NCBI GenBank assembly: GCA_951406725.2
Contig: OX597821.1
Coordinates: 71,734,001-71,798,000 of the forward strand
Source of the DNA: Octopus vulgaris
Taxonomy: Eukaryota
Length of the DNA: 64,000 nucleotides
Reading direction: 5' to 3'
Positions 39,701 through 52,857 of the stretch are shown piece after piece; position 1 is the stretch's first letter; each line of letters begins with the position of its first letter. The notes under the pieces are model-generated. The model saw only the letters and a program-made list of their open reading frames with translations, ran no database searches and was not told where the DNA came from. The position numbers and the translations under genes were made by a program.

Positions 39701-40237
39701 AGGAAGCTCGATTAAATATCAAGTATTCTACAGGTGTTAGTTATTTAATGAATAAAATGTTTGAATTATAAGAACTGTTATGTTGTTGGACAAAGTAGTA
39801 TCGTTGAGAGAAATATTTAACTTAGGATGTGGTTTTATGAGGGGAAAAATTGTACGAGACGACTGTTGGAATTAACAAGATCTCAGTGAAATAAATTCAA
39901 TAAGATTACGAAAATAAGAAGACGAAACATAAAACTTAGATATACACCAAGATACACAACACAGACTTTCATGGGAAATGTATAGGTTAACGAGAAAAAA
40001 ACTTGCACAAATCTGAGAAAACGACCACGCCTCTCCTATTTTAATGAAACTTTCGATCATTTACAACTATTACTAACATTACATACAAGCTCTAAGGTTT
40101 CAGGGCTTTGCAAATTGCCTTCAGCCGTTCTCTTAAAAGTCAAGCTACAACGATTTTGTCATTCACTCAATGTTTCCTTATTAAATTTAAAGCTTATACA
40201 TACATATATACATATATTTGTTTGTTTGTTTTTGTGC

Positions 40238-40280
<43 letters not shown>

Positions 40281-40339
40281 ATATGCTTTTATTGACACAA
40301 TAAAAGAGCACATAGTTAAAACTATTGTTCATATAGTTT

Positions 40340-40395
<56 letters not shown>

Positions 40396-40427
40396 CATGT
40401 ATGTATGTATGTATGTATGTATGTATG

Positions 40428-40459
<32 letters not shown>

Positions 40460-41032
40460 TGTATGTATGCATGTATGTATGTATCAATGTATGTATGTAT
40501 GTATGTATAAAATTTTGTTTATGCTAACGTTAAGGGTATAAAAATAAAGTTCCTATTTTATTCTGCCGGGGTTGCATCAAGGTTATACCGATATAATGAA
40601 GGATAAATATAATGATAACAATAATTTTAGGATAGGATTTATAAATACATCGCTATGCGCATTTCCACAAGTCACATGATTTTAATGTCAGAGTCCGTAT
40701 CCTTGGGATGAGTACATTATAGTCCGTATTATCTGTGGGCATCCGGTTGATCACCATTATTGATTCATTTCATCCGGCGATACTGTCTCACTAGATGAAT
40801 CACAGATTGATGCATATCCCTTCTTGCCAGTATGAAAGCCAGTCTAGCTATGTGGATAGTTTTGTATGTACTTGGCATTTTATATTTATTTATATATATA
40901 AACATTTGTGTATGTATGTACGTATAGATTTTGTACATATATATTGGCATATATAAGGCAATAGAATACGGTAGGAAGAGCTTTTAACAAAGTTTGTATT
41001 AGTTTAACGCTTAAAAACGAACGGATGAAGTA

Positions 41033-41064
41033 TTGACGTTTCAGGTGCTAGTCCTTCATCAAAA
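41033..41064 (-). ncRNA. minimal type I hammerhead ribozyme motif, C3U variant
   Basis: Minus strand tt-TTGATGA-AGG-actagca-CCT-GAAAC-GTC-aa. Confidence 0.5.
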
Positions 41065-41152
41065 GATAAAAGAATGAGGAAAGGTGGTGAGGAAAATAAA
41101 AATGAATGAGAAAATGTAGTTGAAAAAAGTGAGAAACGAGTTAGGAACCAGA

Positions 41153-41240
<88 letters not shown>
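41153..41240. repeat. (TAG)n microsatellite (similar tract at 42026-42160)
   Basis: Direct reading. Confidence 0.95.
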
Positions 41241-41241
<1 letters not shown>

Positions 41242-41513
41242 AATGTAAAATAACGCTTTATACATGTGAATAACTATGAGCTTAATAGATGTACTTTTTA
41301 ACGCTTCTTTTTATATATCTTTATTTAATAGTGTTCAATTGACTAATACAGATACACATGCGCACATGCATACCCACCCACCCTCTTTCTCTCTCCCTCT
41401 CTCTCTATCTGTCCCTCAGTTATATGAGCACATTGATCTAAGTCTGACTAAAACAAACCCACATATATTCCAAGCCAAACATATATATATATATGTGTGT
41501 GTATGTATGTATG

Positions 41514-41564
<51 letters not shown>

Positions 41565-41586
41565 GTGTGTGTGTGTGCGTATGTGT

Positions 41587-41625
<39 letters not shown>

Positions 41626-42025
41626 AGTCTACATATACACGTATATAATTGCATGGTATTTATATATGTATGCATTCAAGTATGCGTGTACGAGTATATA
41701 CGAATACATACATCTGTACATACAGACACACACACGCAGACTTACATATACACATATTTACACACATGAATTTATTTTTAAGAGTGCTTCGAGAGAACAC
41801 TTGACGTTTGAAAAAAGTGATTTATTTACATCTACAAATGTCCCTTTCCATCCTGTAAATGAAATAAGGGAACAGCAAAGAATATGGTTCCCAGTTCAGC
41901 ACTTTTATAAGGGGTCAGCAACTTCAACCTCATCTGGCGAGAATTACAAAGAACGAAAAGGGGACCAAAGAATAAGGATGTAATCCAGCTTGATACAGCT
42001 GTCAACCAGCTGGAACCGGTTTTAT

Positions 42026-42083
<58 letters not shown>

Positions 42084-42086
42084 CAC

Positions 42087-42119
<33 letters not shown>

Positions 42120-42624
42120 TTGTTGTTGTTGTTGTAGTAGTGGTAGTGGTAGTAGTAGTAATAACTTTGTTTCATGAGATCCGAGGTGTGACAATAATTT
42201 ATCGAATAATACAAGAACATATTTTGTCTGGGAGTGAGTTTTCTGTGTGTTTGTATGTGTATGTGCGCGCGTAGACAAGAAGTGTATGTATGTATGTATG
42301 TATGTATATATATATATATATACATGTGTATATATATGCATGTATGTATGTATATATAAAGAGTTAATAATGAGTGGAGTAGATAAAATCCGGGCTACAT
42401 ATGTTTCATAGCAAGCAGAATCTCGGATGTGGTAAATATCCAAACGAGGTATATACCGCAGGCTATTCGTCAGGCCAAAGATATCTTGATTGAAAGCAAG
42501 TTTACATTGTCTCAAGGAGGTACTTGTTAACACATGGAAGAATCGATCAGAATTATCAATTCTTCTAGGTGTTGACAAGTTGCATTCAATCAAGCTTGAA
42601 AAATAGCCTACGGTATACACATCG

Positions 42625-42868
42625 TGGGTGAGCGCTCCACAGACACGTGTACCCATAACGTAGTTCTCGGGGAGATTCAGCGTGACACAGAGTGTGACAA
42701 GACTGACCCCTTTTGAATTATTGGTACAAGTCATTTTTGCCAGGGGAGTGGACTGGAGCAACGTGAAATAAAATGTCTTGCTCAAGGACACAACGCGACG
42801 CTGGGAATCGAACTCACAGCCTTACGATCATGAGCCGAATGCTCTAACCACTAAACCACGCGCCCTCA
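42625..42868 (-). mobile_element. tRNA-derived SINE family C
   Basis: Minus strand gcgtggtttagtggttagagc (A box), gagttcgattccc (B box), gttgtgtccttgagcaagacat; matches 52405-52677. Confidence 0.85.
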
Positions 42869-42876
42869 ATATGCAT

Positions 42877-42987
<111 letters not shown>

Positions 42988-42999
42988 TATATATATATA

Positions 43000-43803
43000 A
43001 ATTTAATCAAAGGACATACTAAGTATGGAAATAACAGTCAAAGCTCTTATTTAAATCGCCAAAGTATTTTGGTGACTCAAAAAAGAGGTTCGACTATTAT
43101 TTCCAGCAAGAAAACATACTTAGTATGTCCTTTGATTAATTTTAATCCTTCAATTATTTAATGCCTTTGGGGGCTTGCAGTCGCCTATATTATTGATTCT
43201 GTTATTATCATTTTTAAATTGTTACACTAGATAATAATAGAGTCAATGATATCTTCGAAAATATTTTCTCGTGAATTATTTATTTATATATCTATTTTTT
43301 TCTTTTTTTTTTTTCTCTTTCTGCACTCCTCTCTTACTGTTTTCGATTTTACCTTACTAATTCACTCCTTATTTTAAGGTCACTGTAAATAAAAACCTTT
43401 GACTCTGCAACACTGTATATAAATTCCCTACTGGGAATGACCAAGTTTAAAATCTGCTGGATCTCACTCATAAGGGAATCTTACATTGCTTATAAACTCT
43501 ATATTTGGAAGAACTCATATTAAACGCTGTTGGACTTTGGACTATTACTTATATACCATTATGCCTAAAAAAATGGGTTTACAACTTCAATACCCATACA
43601 TATCTTGCATCTATTTTCTTTCCTCCACCTCACTCTCTATTTTGTATCACATCTAAACTAACTATGACTTAACTATCCTCTCACACCGTCTCCGATGAAG
43701 GGATATAATTAACAAATATCCTAGAAACAGCTGTAAGACCTTCTATCTATAAATGCTCTAATATCTACACAGTCTTGGTTTTTTATCTTATTACGCAAAA
43801 AAT
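43000..43803 (+). mobile_element. ORF-less Penelope/retrozyme-like element in (AT)n with inverted 5' end
   Basis: (AT)n on both sides; perfect 25-bp inverted repeat 43003-43027/43115-43139; hammerhead near the 3' end. Confidence 0.6.
43688..43739 (+). ncRNA. minimal type I hammerhead ribozyme (U4C variant)
   Basis: gtct-CCGATGA-A-GGGATAT-aattaacaa-ATATCCT-A-GAAA-CAGCTG-TA|agac: all three stems pair; predicted cleavage after 43735. Confidence 0.7.
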
Positions 43804-44157
43804 TATATATATATATATATATAAATATATATATTTGTTTGATAAATTTGTTCGAAAGTTTTACCGGCATCCTCTCTGTCGCCGGGTATAATCTGCGTCT
43901 GCGCAGAGGTTTGAAAAGTTGGGATTTACAAACCGTTAGATCTACATGTGGATCTAGCAGTCTGTATGTCAGGATTATTAAGGCTGTCCCCCTGAAGAAA
44001 CTGGCCTTCAGCAAATACTTTTTTGCTGGAAATAGTTAAAAACCGTCGGTCTGGGAAATAGTTGAGATGGTAAATGTTTTTAATTTTCATTCCTTTCGTG
44101 AATTTATCCTTTTTTTTGTTCTAGCACAATGCTTTCCTATTTGGAAGCCTCTTATTG

Positions 44158-44275
<118 letters not shown>

Positions 44276-44666
44276 TACTAACCCACATATAACTTCCGCT
44301 CATACCATTGATATAGGGGAGTTTTATAAACCCGTTTGTTTTGTGTATCAGAAATAGAATGACAGGCTTTACAATTGTGCTTATGCAGAACTGGTTGTAC
44401 ATTTAAACATGCTTCAATATGGGTATCACAACTGTACTTGAGTGTTACAACTGCAACACTGTTCCAATCTCCTCTTACGCCATATGTGTGTCAGTATTAT
44501 ATCGCATGCAAAACTTTTCAAGAAAAATAGTAAATGTTATTCGTTTATTCATATTGAACATTCATTTACACTAACATATGGATGTGCTTATGTTTATAGG
44601 AGATATATTTATTGGGTAGATCTAAGCACACACAGAGGACTCAATATACATACATACATACATACA

Positions 44667-44699
<33 letters not shown>

Positions 44700-44771
44700 C
44701 CTTAAATCCTTAAAAAAATGTCAGCCCGAAAGCTGTGGCCATGCTGCGGCACCACTGTTGAATGAGCTACA

Positions 44772-45128
44772 CTAGTATATGAAACCACCTCTGATACGTG
44801 GCACTTGGTCAACAAGGGAGTTCAACGCCGCTGCCCGCATCTTTGTTTCCTGCCAAGAGGTCGGTTCATCTGGAACCCCTGACAAGTAGAGATCCAGTTT
44901 AGTTTTAAAGAAACACACATCAACACCATGCAAGTCTCTCAGGCATTTAGGAAGGATACTGAAGAGCTGTGGTCCCCTGAAACCCAAGCTGTTGCAGTAT
45001 CTGGTCCTGTATTTTGATGGTGATGTTGGGATCTTTGGAACCATGCAGTGACGCCCCGTTCTGCTGTTGGGATAATTTTCAATGCCAAAATTCTGGAAAA
45101 TCTGGAAAATCCTGGAGGGTCTTGTCCC

Positions 45129-45130
<2 letters not shown>
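44772..45130 (-). pseudogene. CR1-group LINE ORF2 C-terminus
   Basis: RTGRHC...NSLGFRGPQLFSILPKCLRD...FKTKLDLYLSGVPDEP...AAALNSLVDQ. Confidence 0.85.
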
Positions 45131-45194
<64 letters not shown>

Positions 45195-45789
45195 TGTATG
45201 TGTGTGTGTGTATATTTTACTATTTTCATAAATAGGAGGGTAACCATGTTGGGACATCTGTTTCAAAGACTTTAATCAACCATTATGAACTTTCGAACTT
45301 ATTCCAGTGTGGATCATAATTAATCAATCGCTGTTAACTGAACCGCTGACTACGGGCCGTAAAGTGACACAACAAAACAACAACGCGAATATACGTGCAT
45401 ATGAATGCGTATGTGTGCCTATGTATGTATATATGCATGTATGTTTCTAAATATAAGAGTGTTTGCATGTGTCTGATCGTGTTTCTGTATCGGAAAAACT
45501 CTTGTCCAGGGCACAAACCTGTTTATCTTTTATGGAAAACGCAACAGTTATCCATGCACAGAATTACCAACCTCTCTCGAAGGCCACGGGTGTTGTTATG
45601 GTAACGGTACGGAGGCACAGAGCTTAGCAACCACTGAACCTCATGAGAACTTTAAGCATAAAGAGATGGAAGAAATAAGGCCAAACATTTGATGACAAAG
45701 CTAAAACAATTGCACAAATCTGGTGCCCTCCACTGATCATTTAATTTTATAGCCACTGGATGGATGAAAATCGAAGATAACCACAACTT

Positions 45790-45829
<40 letters not shown>

Positions 45830-46076
45830 CACACATACATACATACATGCGTGTGAGAGTACAAACACACTCACACACACACACACATACACACGTACAT
45901 ATGAGTATACACATGCAAGCATACATCTTTCGCCGCTCTCACTCACAATTCATTTTATTGATTCGCTTTAGATATCAATATCACAATTTCTTTATTATAA
46001 AACCAAGTCATTTACAAATGATTAAAACAAAAATGTATGCGATAAACATCATCGTTCTTACTACGAACGTGAAATC

Positions 46077-46240
46077 GGTCGCTGGCAGAATCGTTAGAGC
46101 AACAAAACGCCTTGTAGTGTTTAGTCACGGCTCTTTACTCTCCCTCTCTGATAAAAATTCTGTCAGAGTCAACTTAGTTTTAAACATTATTTCCGATAAA
46201 ATGAAATATCAGTCAAATAAATACTGAGGTGAATGCAATA
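46077..46240 (+). mobile_element. SINE family B, old copy
   Basis: gctggcagaatcgttagagc...gtcaacttag...ccgataaaatgaaatatcagtc. Confidence 0.6.
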
Positions 46241-46589
46241 CCATGTCACTAAATTCCTGGCCTAGCACCTATCCTTTTCCTAGTTTTATCCCGAAATCTG
46301 TTGCCATCCTATACTATCGCTAGTGAATAAAGGATGCATACCACACCTAGGTTCCCCATGCAGTCATCCGCATACACAGGAGCAAGGCTCGAATCTTGTC
46401 CTGGAATGGTCAATACTCACGTTTATATGACGCACATTTCTCTAGAAATGTTTGCTTGTCACTAAGTTTTCCTTTTTTTTCTCGATTTCTAAGGTCTGAC
46501 ACGGCCGGTTACCTGGTTTGTATGTCTGGTAAGTGACCAGGATCACAAAGTTCCCTTGAACAGGGCGCTGGTCCGTTACAGGGTTCAAA

Positions 46590-46775
46590 ACCATCAATTT
46601 TTGAGGGGAGGACACGAGTTTATTAGATTGAACCCAATACTTGGCTGTTAATATATCTTATCGACCTCGAAGGAGTGAAAAGTAAAATTGACCTTAGCGG
46701 AATTTGAACTCAGAACGTAAAGAGCTGCGAGAAATTCCGCTAAGTAATTTTCCTGACGTGTTACCGATTCTGCCA
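46590..46775 (-). mobile_element. SINE family B, old copy
   Basis: atcgacctcgaaggagtgaaaagtaaaattgaccttagcggaatttgaactcagaacg...gattctgccag. Confidence 0.7.
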
Positions 46776-47599
46776 GTTTACTGTTGTTGTCACTCAGAAA
46801 TCAATATTTCCGTATTTTTTTCTGTTGTGACATTTCTCATAAAACCAAAATTCAACATTTCTGAGCAAAAATCCAGAAACATCTGTAGCCATCTCAATCA
46901 GCGGAGGTTGAAAGTGTCAAAGAGAAGGAAAAAACAAACCAGCCAAACAAGGAAGACTAAACGGGAACGGAAATATCTTAGTTTTCAGCATGTTTTAATT
47001 ACAAAACAAACAACTCCAAGCAAAGGGAACATTTACTCCAGCCGAATGGAATTTGCTCTCATGAAATGTCTTTTAAAAGGTCGTCTCTTGACCCTGTATA
47101 ACATTAAGCGGCCTATTTTGCTGTATTATTTATGCTAATTTTCTCCTTCTTTTCGCCGATATTTGGCAGTTCTAAGTAAACGTCAATGCCATGAATAGCA
47201 AGAGAAGGCATTCGCCATTTGTTAGACACGAGAGAACAAATTACGCAGATAAAGAGCGGCTAATAGACAGGAATGTTGGACAACATGCCGGGCTTCTACC
47301 TTCATTTCATCAGAAACAGCACAGCCACACACACTCTCCTGTACATGCATACACACATACATACATACATACATGCATGCATGCATACATACATACATAC
47401 ATACATACATACATACATACATACATACATACATACATACGTGTGGGCGAACGTGTGCGTGACATGACAATATAACAGTATATATAATAAATGCATAACA
47501 ATATAACAGTATATTTGGGCTTATACATACATATATACATACATGTATATTTAAACATAAAATATAAATGCACATAAATACACACATATACATACATAA

Positions 47600-47727
<128 letters not shown>

Positions 47728-48179
47728 GTATGCATGCATGAATATATCTAGATGTGTGTGTGTGTGTTTGTGCGCCTAATAAATGTAATCTCTTAGTTGG
47801 AATTGTGATTTCGACCTTCAATAGAATACTTATTACTCTATGTTCCACGTTCCGTCTCTCAATGCCCTCCATTCAAAACCCGCAGAAGTAAACTCTAAAA
47901 TCTAGTCCCCGGGTTGTGGTGGGGTCAATAAATAAAATACCGATCGATTCCCTCTCTAACTCACTCTCTTTTCTTCCTTCCCACTCTCTCTCTTCCTCTC
48001 TCTTACTGTCTCTCTTCATTTCTTTCTCTCTCTCTCTCTCTCTCGCGCGCGGGTATAAACAGAGTAGAAAGGAAATCCATATATACGCACACAAAACACA
48101 TATTAAACATATAGACACATGCACGCGGACACACACAGATACAGACGCAAACGCATGCGCAAATATGGATACATACCAC

Positions 48180-48640
48180 AGAAAGTGTGTTACATATCTC
48201 AGGGCCCCAATAAAGACAGGTATAAACCTGAAGTTGTAATCAGGATAGAGTAACTGCAGATTTCTCAATAGTTCCGTGTAGATATTTTTTTATCACTGAT
48301 CTTCAGCTTTATGTTAACATCCGCTGGGCAGCTAATTTCCACAACTGTCCACAGGTTCTCTTCTCTATCCCAAATATCAGGTTTGTTGCGCATACATTTT
48401 ATTGAGGTCTTCACTGGCACATTCCACCAGCATTCCTTTTTATAATGAGTAGCTATGGCTTCTACCATACTGCGGGTTCTTATTTCTTTGTCCACGGGTT
48501 TATCCTTGCGACGGATTTCATTATAGAATGTCCCAACTACAACGCTATGTCTCATCGGTAGATAATTCCGTGATGACATATTCGGACAACTGCTTATGAT
48601 GTACATGATATCTTCGGTGTGAACTTCACAAAGTCGGTTA
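48180..48640 (-). pseudogene. RLE-type (R4-like) LINE zinc knuckle and restriction-like endonuclease fragment
   Basis: RLCEVHTEDIMYIISSCP..Y..RH, WWNVPV..RNKPDI..VVEISCP, IPVFIGAL. Confidence 0.8.
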
Positions 48641-48740
48641 TGTATGTATGTATGTATGTATGTATGTATGTATGTATGTATGTATGTATGTATGCATGCA
48701 TGCATGCATGTCTGTATGTATGAATTTATGTATGCATGTG

Positions 48741-48772
<32 letters not shown>

Positions 48773-49236
48773 TGTATGTATGTATGTATGTATGTGTAGC
48801 CTATCTATTTTGGTTTTCTGGCTGTCGTTAGTATAAATACCGCCTGGTTCACCTGCACTTCACATTTACTCATCTATATTGGTAACCGCAAAAATAGTAA
48901 AAGAATCTTCAACCTTTAAACTGACAATGGTGATAAGTGTTGCTATTTCCTTCGAACTCAATCTCCATTGAAATGTTCCAACCTAAGCTTGACGTCACTT
49001 TGGAGAATTACACGTATCACTCTTACTTTAGGCCGTTCGGTTTGACTCGAGGGAGAATTTAGCTGCTATTTCTAAAAGTTTGGGTGACCGTTTAGTGACA
49101 CTCTTGTTAGGTTTTTTTAAATGTATCATTTATGACGGTTATAGAAAATTTCGGTTTTCAAGTTCTATCTTTTATTTATTTGTTTGCTTATTTTGCAACA
49201 GACGTCGTCCGGTATGAAGATACCTACCCGCACCTT

Positions 49237-49963
49237 CGAGGGGCTGCTGAAAAGTTCTTGGCTTTAAGGGTATCCCAAAAGGCTTGGTCGGAGGTCCAAC
49301 CTTCCGAGTTCTTTTACATGGCTTAGGAAAACTGAAGGACTACTGCAATAAGTGTATGAATCTGAGACGGGAATATCTATATATATAAAACTGTAGTTGT
49401 GTGAGTGTCTGTCCCCTTCGATTTAGATACCTAACTACTCCCACATTTTGCGGTGCAGTTTAACCAAATTCGGGTATCTTATAGTCGTGATTCATATCGA
49501 GCCCGTCTGAGTATTAGCGCGCGTCTACGATGAGTCTACGATTTTAAAAATAATTTAACATCATTTTTTATTCCATTTTAATGCATAATTTTTCGTGTGT
49601 CGATGGCGGCGGAGTTGGCGTCCATGGTCACACCTGCACCTGTTTGCTTCTCCCCCTTCTTCCCTCCCTCGTGAAGCTGTGGGGAAGGGAGTGTAAGGAA
49701 ATCAACGTCGTAAAGCGTTGTCAAGGAGACCAACGTTCTTTTAGAACAACGACTTCATGGCTTGAAGACACCAAAACAGAAATGGCTAAGAAAGGCCGAA
49801 TTGGCATCTATAAGGGAAGTAACTCTCTAAAATGCTTATATAGTTATTTCCCTTACAAACCCGAGCAACACCGGGCGATACTGCTAGTATTGAATAAAAT
49901 CATAGATTAACTGATTCTCCCGTATTTTCTTTTACCCAAGACTAGGAACTTCTCAGGACCCTC
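49237..49963 (+). mobile_element. short mariner-derived element split by a Helitron
   Basis: TIRs cgaggggctgctgaaaagttcttgg / ctaggaacttctcaggaccctc; C-terminal GLGKLKDYCNKCMNLRREY|IE*. Confidence 0.75.
49376..49887 (+). mobile_element. non-autonomous Helitron
   Basis: 5' TC(tatatatataaa), 3' CTAG, subterminal hairpin cccg...cggg (49860-49875), inserted between A and T without a TSD. Confidence 0.88.
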
Positions 49964-50396
49964 CCCACTAAATTAAATGTTTACATGTAACGTAAATTGT
50001 TATTCAGCTGCCCCACATGAGCGGAGGTGGTTGCAATGAAGAAAGCGGAAATGATGCTGCTGTCTTTTACGCTGCTTCACTTTACCTCTCTGCATAAATT
50101 TACTCGGATTACGTTAGTTCCACTAAGTAACTATTTAAACAAGTTATTTGATAGAATTGACGTAAATAAATGTTAGCCACCGAGCTTCTTCAAAAATTTC
50201 TTCAACAACACCCAACCAAATGAGAAAGGATTCTAGAGTCAACACCATTTGGCTGACGCTGGACTCAACTTATAATTTGGAGAAACGTTTTTACCGACAT
50301 GTCCGTAGAGAGCAACGCTGGAAGCATTTGCAACCATTATATTTCTGGAAACATAAACAGAATATAAATATCTTTATTCTCTCATTGTCCTGATCT

Positions 50397-50730
50397 GTGA
50401 TGGTAGTGTCGGTGGCGATGATGGTAATGATGACAATGTTGTTGGTGACGTTAGTAGAGGTGGTGGTGGTGGTGGTGGTGGTGGTGGTGGTGGAGGTGGA
50501 GGTGGTGGTGGAGGTGGTAGTGGTGATGTTGGTGGTGTTGGTAGTGGTGGTGGGGGCGGGGGTGGGTGGTCGTGGTCGTGGTGATGGTGGTGGTGGTGGT
50601 CGTCGTCGTCGTCATCATCGTCGTCGTCGTCGTCGTGCTGGTGATGACAAAAATGCGACGAAGGCGACGATGACGACGACGAGGAGGAGGAGAGGAGTAG
50701 GAGGAGGGGAGGGGAAGGGGAGGAGGTGGA
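50397..50730. repeat. GC-rich triplet tract (GGT)n/(CGT)n/(GAC)n/(GGA)n
   Basis: Direct reading. Confidence 0.9.
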
Positions 50731-51407
50731 GATTTATCTCATTTCTGTTGTGACTGTGCAGATCTGTGATCCTATGCCTAAACAGATTTCATTGGTTGTC
50801 GCCCCCGTCTCTCTCTCGGAGAACGTCTAAGACTGCATTATCTACTGTTTCCTTCATTGAAAATAGGTTGCTCTTTGAAGGAAATTTAGATACTATTTCT
50901 TAGCAAGTCGAACAACCAGTCACAGACGTTCACATTCCAACCAACATAATTTCATCCACACAGGATCTACCAATCTGCGACTGGCGCCAATCAATATGGA
51001 AACCGTCACCAGCGCCTCTGACTAACCAGCTCTGCTTCTTATAGTACTTAACTTCGTCTCAGCATTCCACCATTCTTAATTACAGCCGCCCTCGATTTTA
51101 CCTAAAAACTAATATTCACTATTTGTTTTCTTTTTCGATCTTAAGCAGTTTTTTCTCCACGTTTCATCGTTTATGGAACATCGCTATCACGCCTTATCAT
51201 CTCCCATCGTTAAACAATATCAAATTTCATGATTATATGAAGTGTCACAACATTGCTGGCTAAAGGTTATACACAATAATCTTAGAGCTGGTTTCTAAGT
51301 TATCAATGCTGTTGAGGTTGTCAGTACTGAGAATGTACCAGCCGTACCCAGGCAAAGACCACTTTTCTAAAAATTAACCATGAAACACATCCAATTATAA
51401 CGCGATG

Positions 51408-51613
51408 GAGTAATCCCTCGACTATGGCGGGCGTTATGTTCCAAAACCTTCCACAGAAATAATTAAAATCCAAAAAAATATAATTACCTATCGACCGCAG
51501 AAACCCGCAAAATACTGAGGAGTCCACGATGTAAATTTACATGTATTAGCCAGAAAAATCCACAATGTACTGAGTGCTCGATAGGTGAACCGTGATATGG
51601 CGAGGAGTTACTG
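51408..51613. mobile_element. pogo/Tigger-like MITE, same family as 1093-1357
   Basis: agtaatccctcgactat... / ...gtgatatggcgaggagttactgTA. Confidence 0.78.
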
Positions 51614-52404
51614 TATTTTAATAAAAAGTGGGTTTTATCATCTGTTCTCCGGCTGCAGTGAAGTTTCGATCCTAGCTTTGAAATTTTATTTTCCATCCAG
51701 TGTCTGGTCTGTGTCATTTCCATCTTCAATATTCGTAAAATCGTTCATGGTTTCCTATTTCTATTGGGTTAAAGAAATCCATTCCTTTTTTTTTTTTCTT
51801 TCTAGTTTGGCATTCCAGTGTAATATGTTTGCAAAGAGGTAAAATCTATTCAAATTTCAAAAGCGATAAAGAAATGTTGTAGAAGATTAGAGCTATAAAA
51901 AAATAACATAAAACAATACGAATAGATATTTTTCGAGTCAATTCAAATAACAGCGGAAATGATTGAAATGAATGGGGGAAGGTAGTCAATTTATCTGACA
52001 ACCCGATATTTTTATAATGACTGTTTATTGATAATTGTATAAAATATTATCTATATTTACGATTTTTTTCTTCGTTATGGACTAAAGTGGTGAGATTTTC
52101 GAAAAATAAATTTAAAGGGATTGATTGATTTGTGACTGAAAGAGTCATGAAGTAGGTTGTCAGAGTCATGCGTAAGTTGGCTGACCTCAACTCGAATCGA
52201 AAACGAGACGTCATTTTTTATCCCAGCGGCCAAATGATTTCTCGCTGCCTCTAAGCCAAGCCTGTCTTTATCTTTGGTTCTTTCCATAGAACAATCTACA
52301 TTGAAAGCATCCTTCAAGAAAAGTCTCGCAGCAAGAGAGATGGAGGATTAGTGGACTAGAAGACAGAAAGCAACACAGATAAACAGATAACTCGTTCCTT
52401 TAAT

Positions 52405-52677
52405 CTTCTTACGACTACACGTGTTCCAGTTGATCCGATCAACAGAACAGCCTGCTCGTGAGATTAACGTAACTCTCAGGGGGATTTAGCGTGACATAGA
52501 ATGTGACAACACTCTCCCCTTTAAACTACAGGCATACTTCATTTTTGCCAGCTGAGTGAACTGGAGCAACGTGAAATAAAGTGTCTTGATCAAAGACACA
52601 ACGCGTCGCCGGAAATCGAACACGCGATCTTTCGATCGTGAGCCGACTACCCTAACCACCAAACCACGCGCCTTCAC
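52405..52677 (-). mobile_element. SINE family C
   Basis: Matches 42625-42868; tRNA-like head at the right end. Confidence 0.85.
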
Positions 52678-52698
52678 TATACAGTAAATGTATATATT

Positions 52699-52857
52699 CT
52701 TTTCTACTCTATGCACAAGGCCCGAATAGATCGACCTCAGTATGCAACTGGTACTCAGTTTATCGACCCCGAAAGGATGAAAGGCAAAGTCGACCTCAGA
52801 GAAATACTGCTAGGCATTTCGTCCAGCGCCCGAACGATTCTGCCAGCTCGCCGCCTT
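52699..52857 (-). mobile_element. SINE family B, internally deleted
   Basis: Core and head present; TSD aca(g/a)taaatgtatatatt at 52681-52698 and 52858-52875. Confidence 0.85.

Noticed and set aside
41832-42791. 319-aa ORF, the longest in the track
   Set aside because: Begins inside SINE C and runs through (TACA)n and (CTA)n tracts; no domain recognised.
42800-42868. tRNA-like sequences (also 33830, 52610, 61600, 4480)
   Set aside because: A and B boxes continue into SINE bodies; these are SINE heads, not tRNA genes.
44958-44990. CTGAAGA...GAAAC spacing resembling a hammerhead
   Set aside because: No stem II pairing, and it is antisense to LINE coding sequence; the hits at 18468, 27200, 54178 and 56151 similarly fail to fold.
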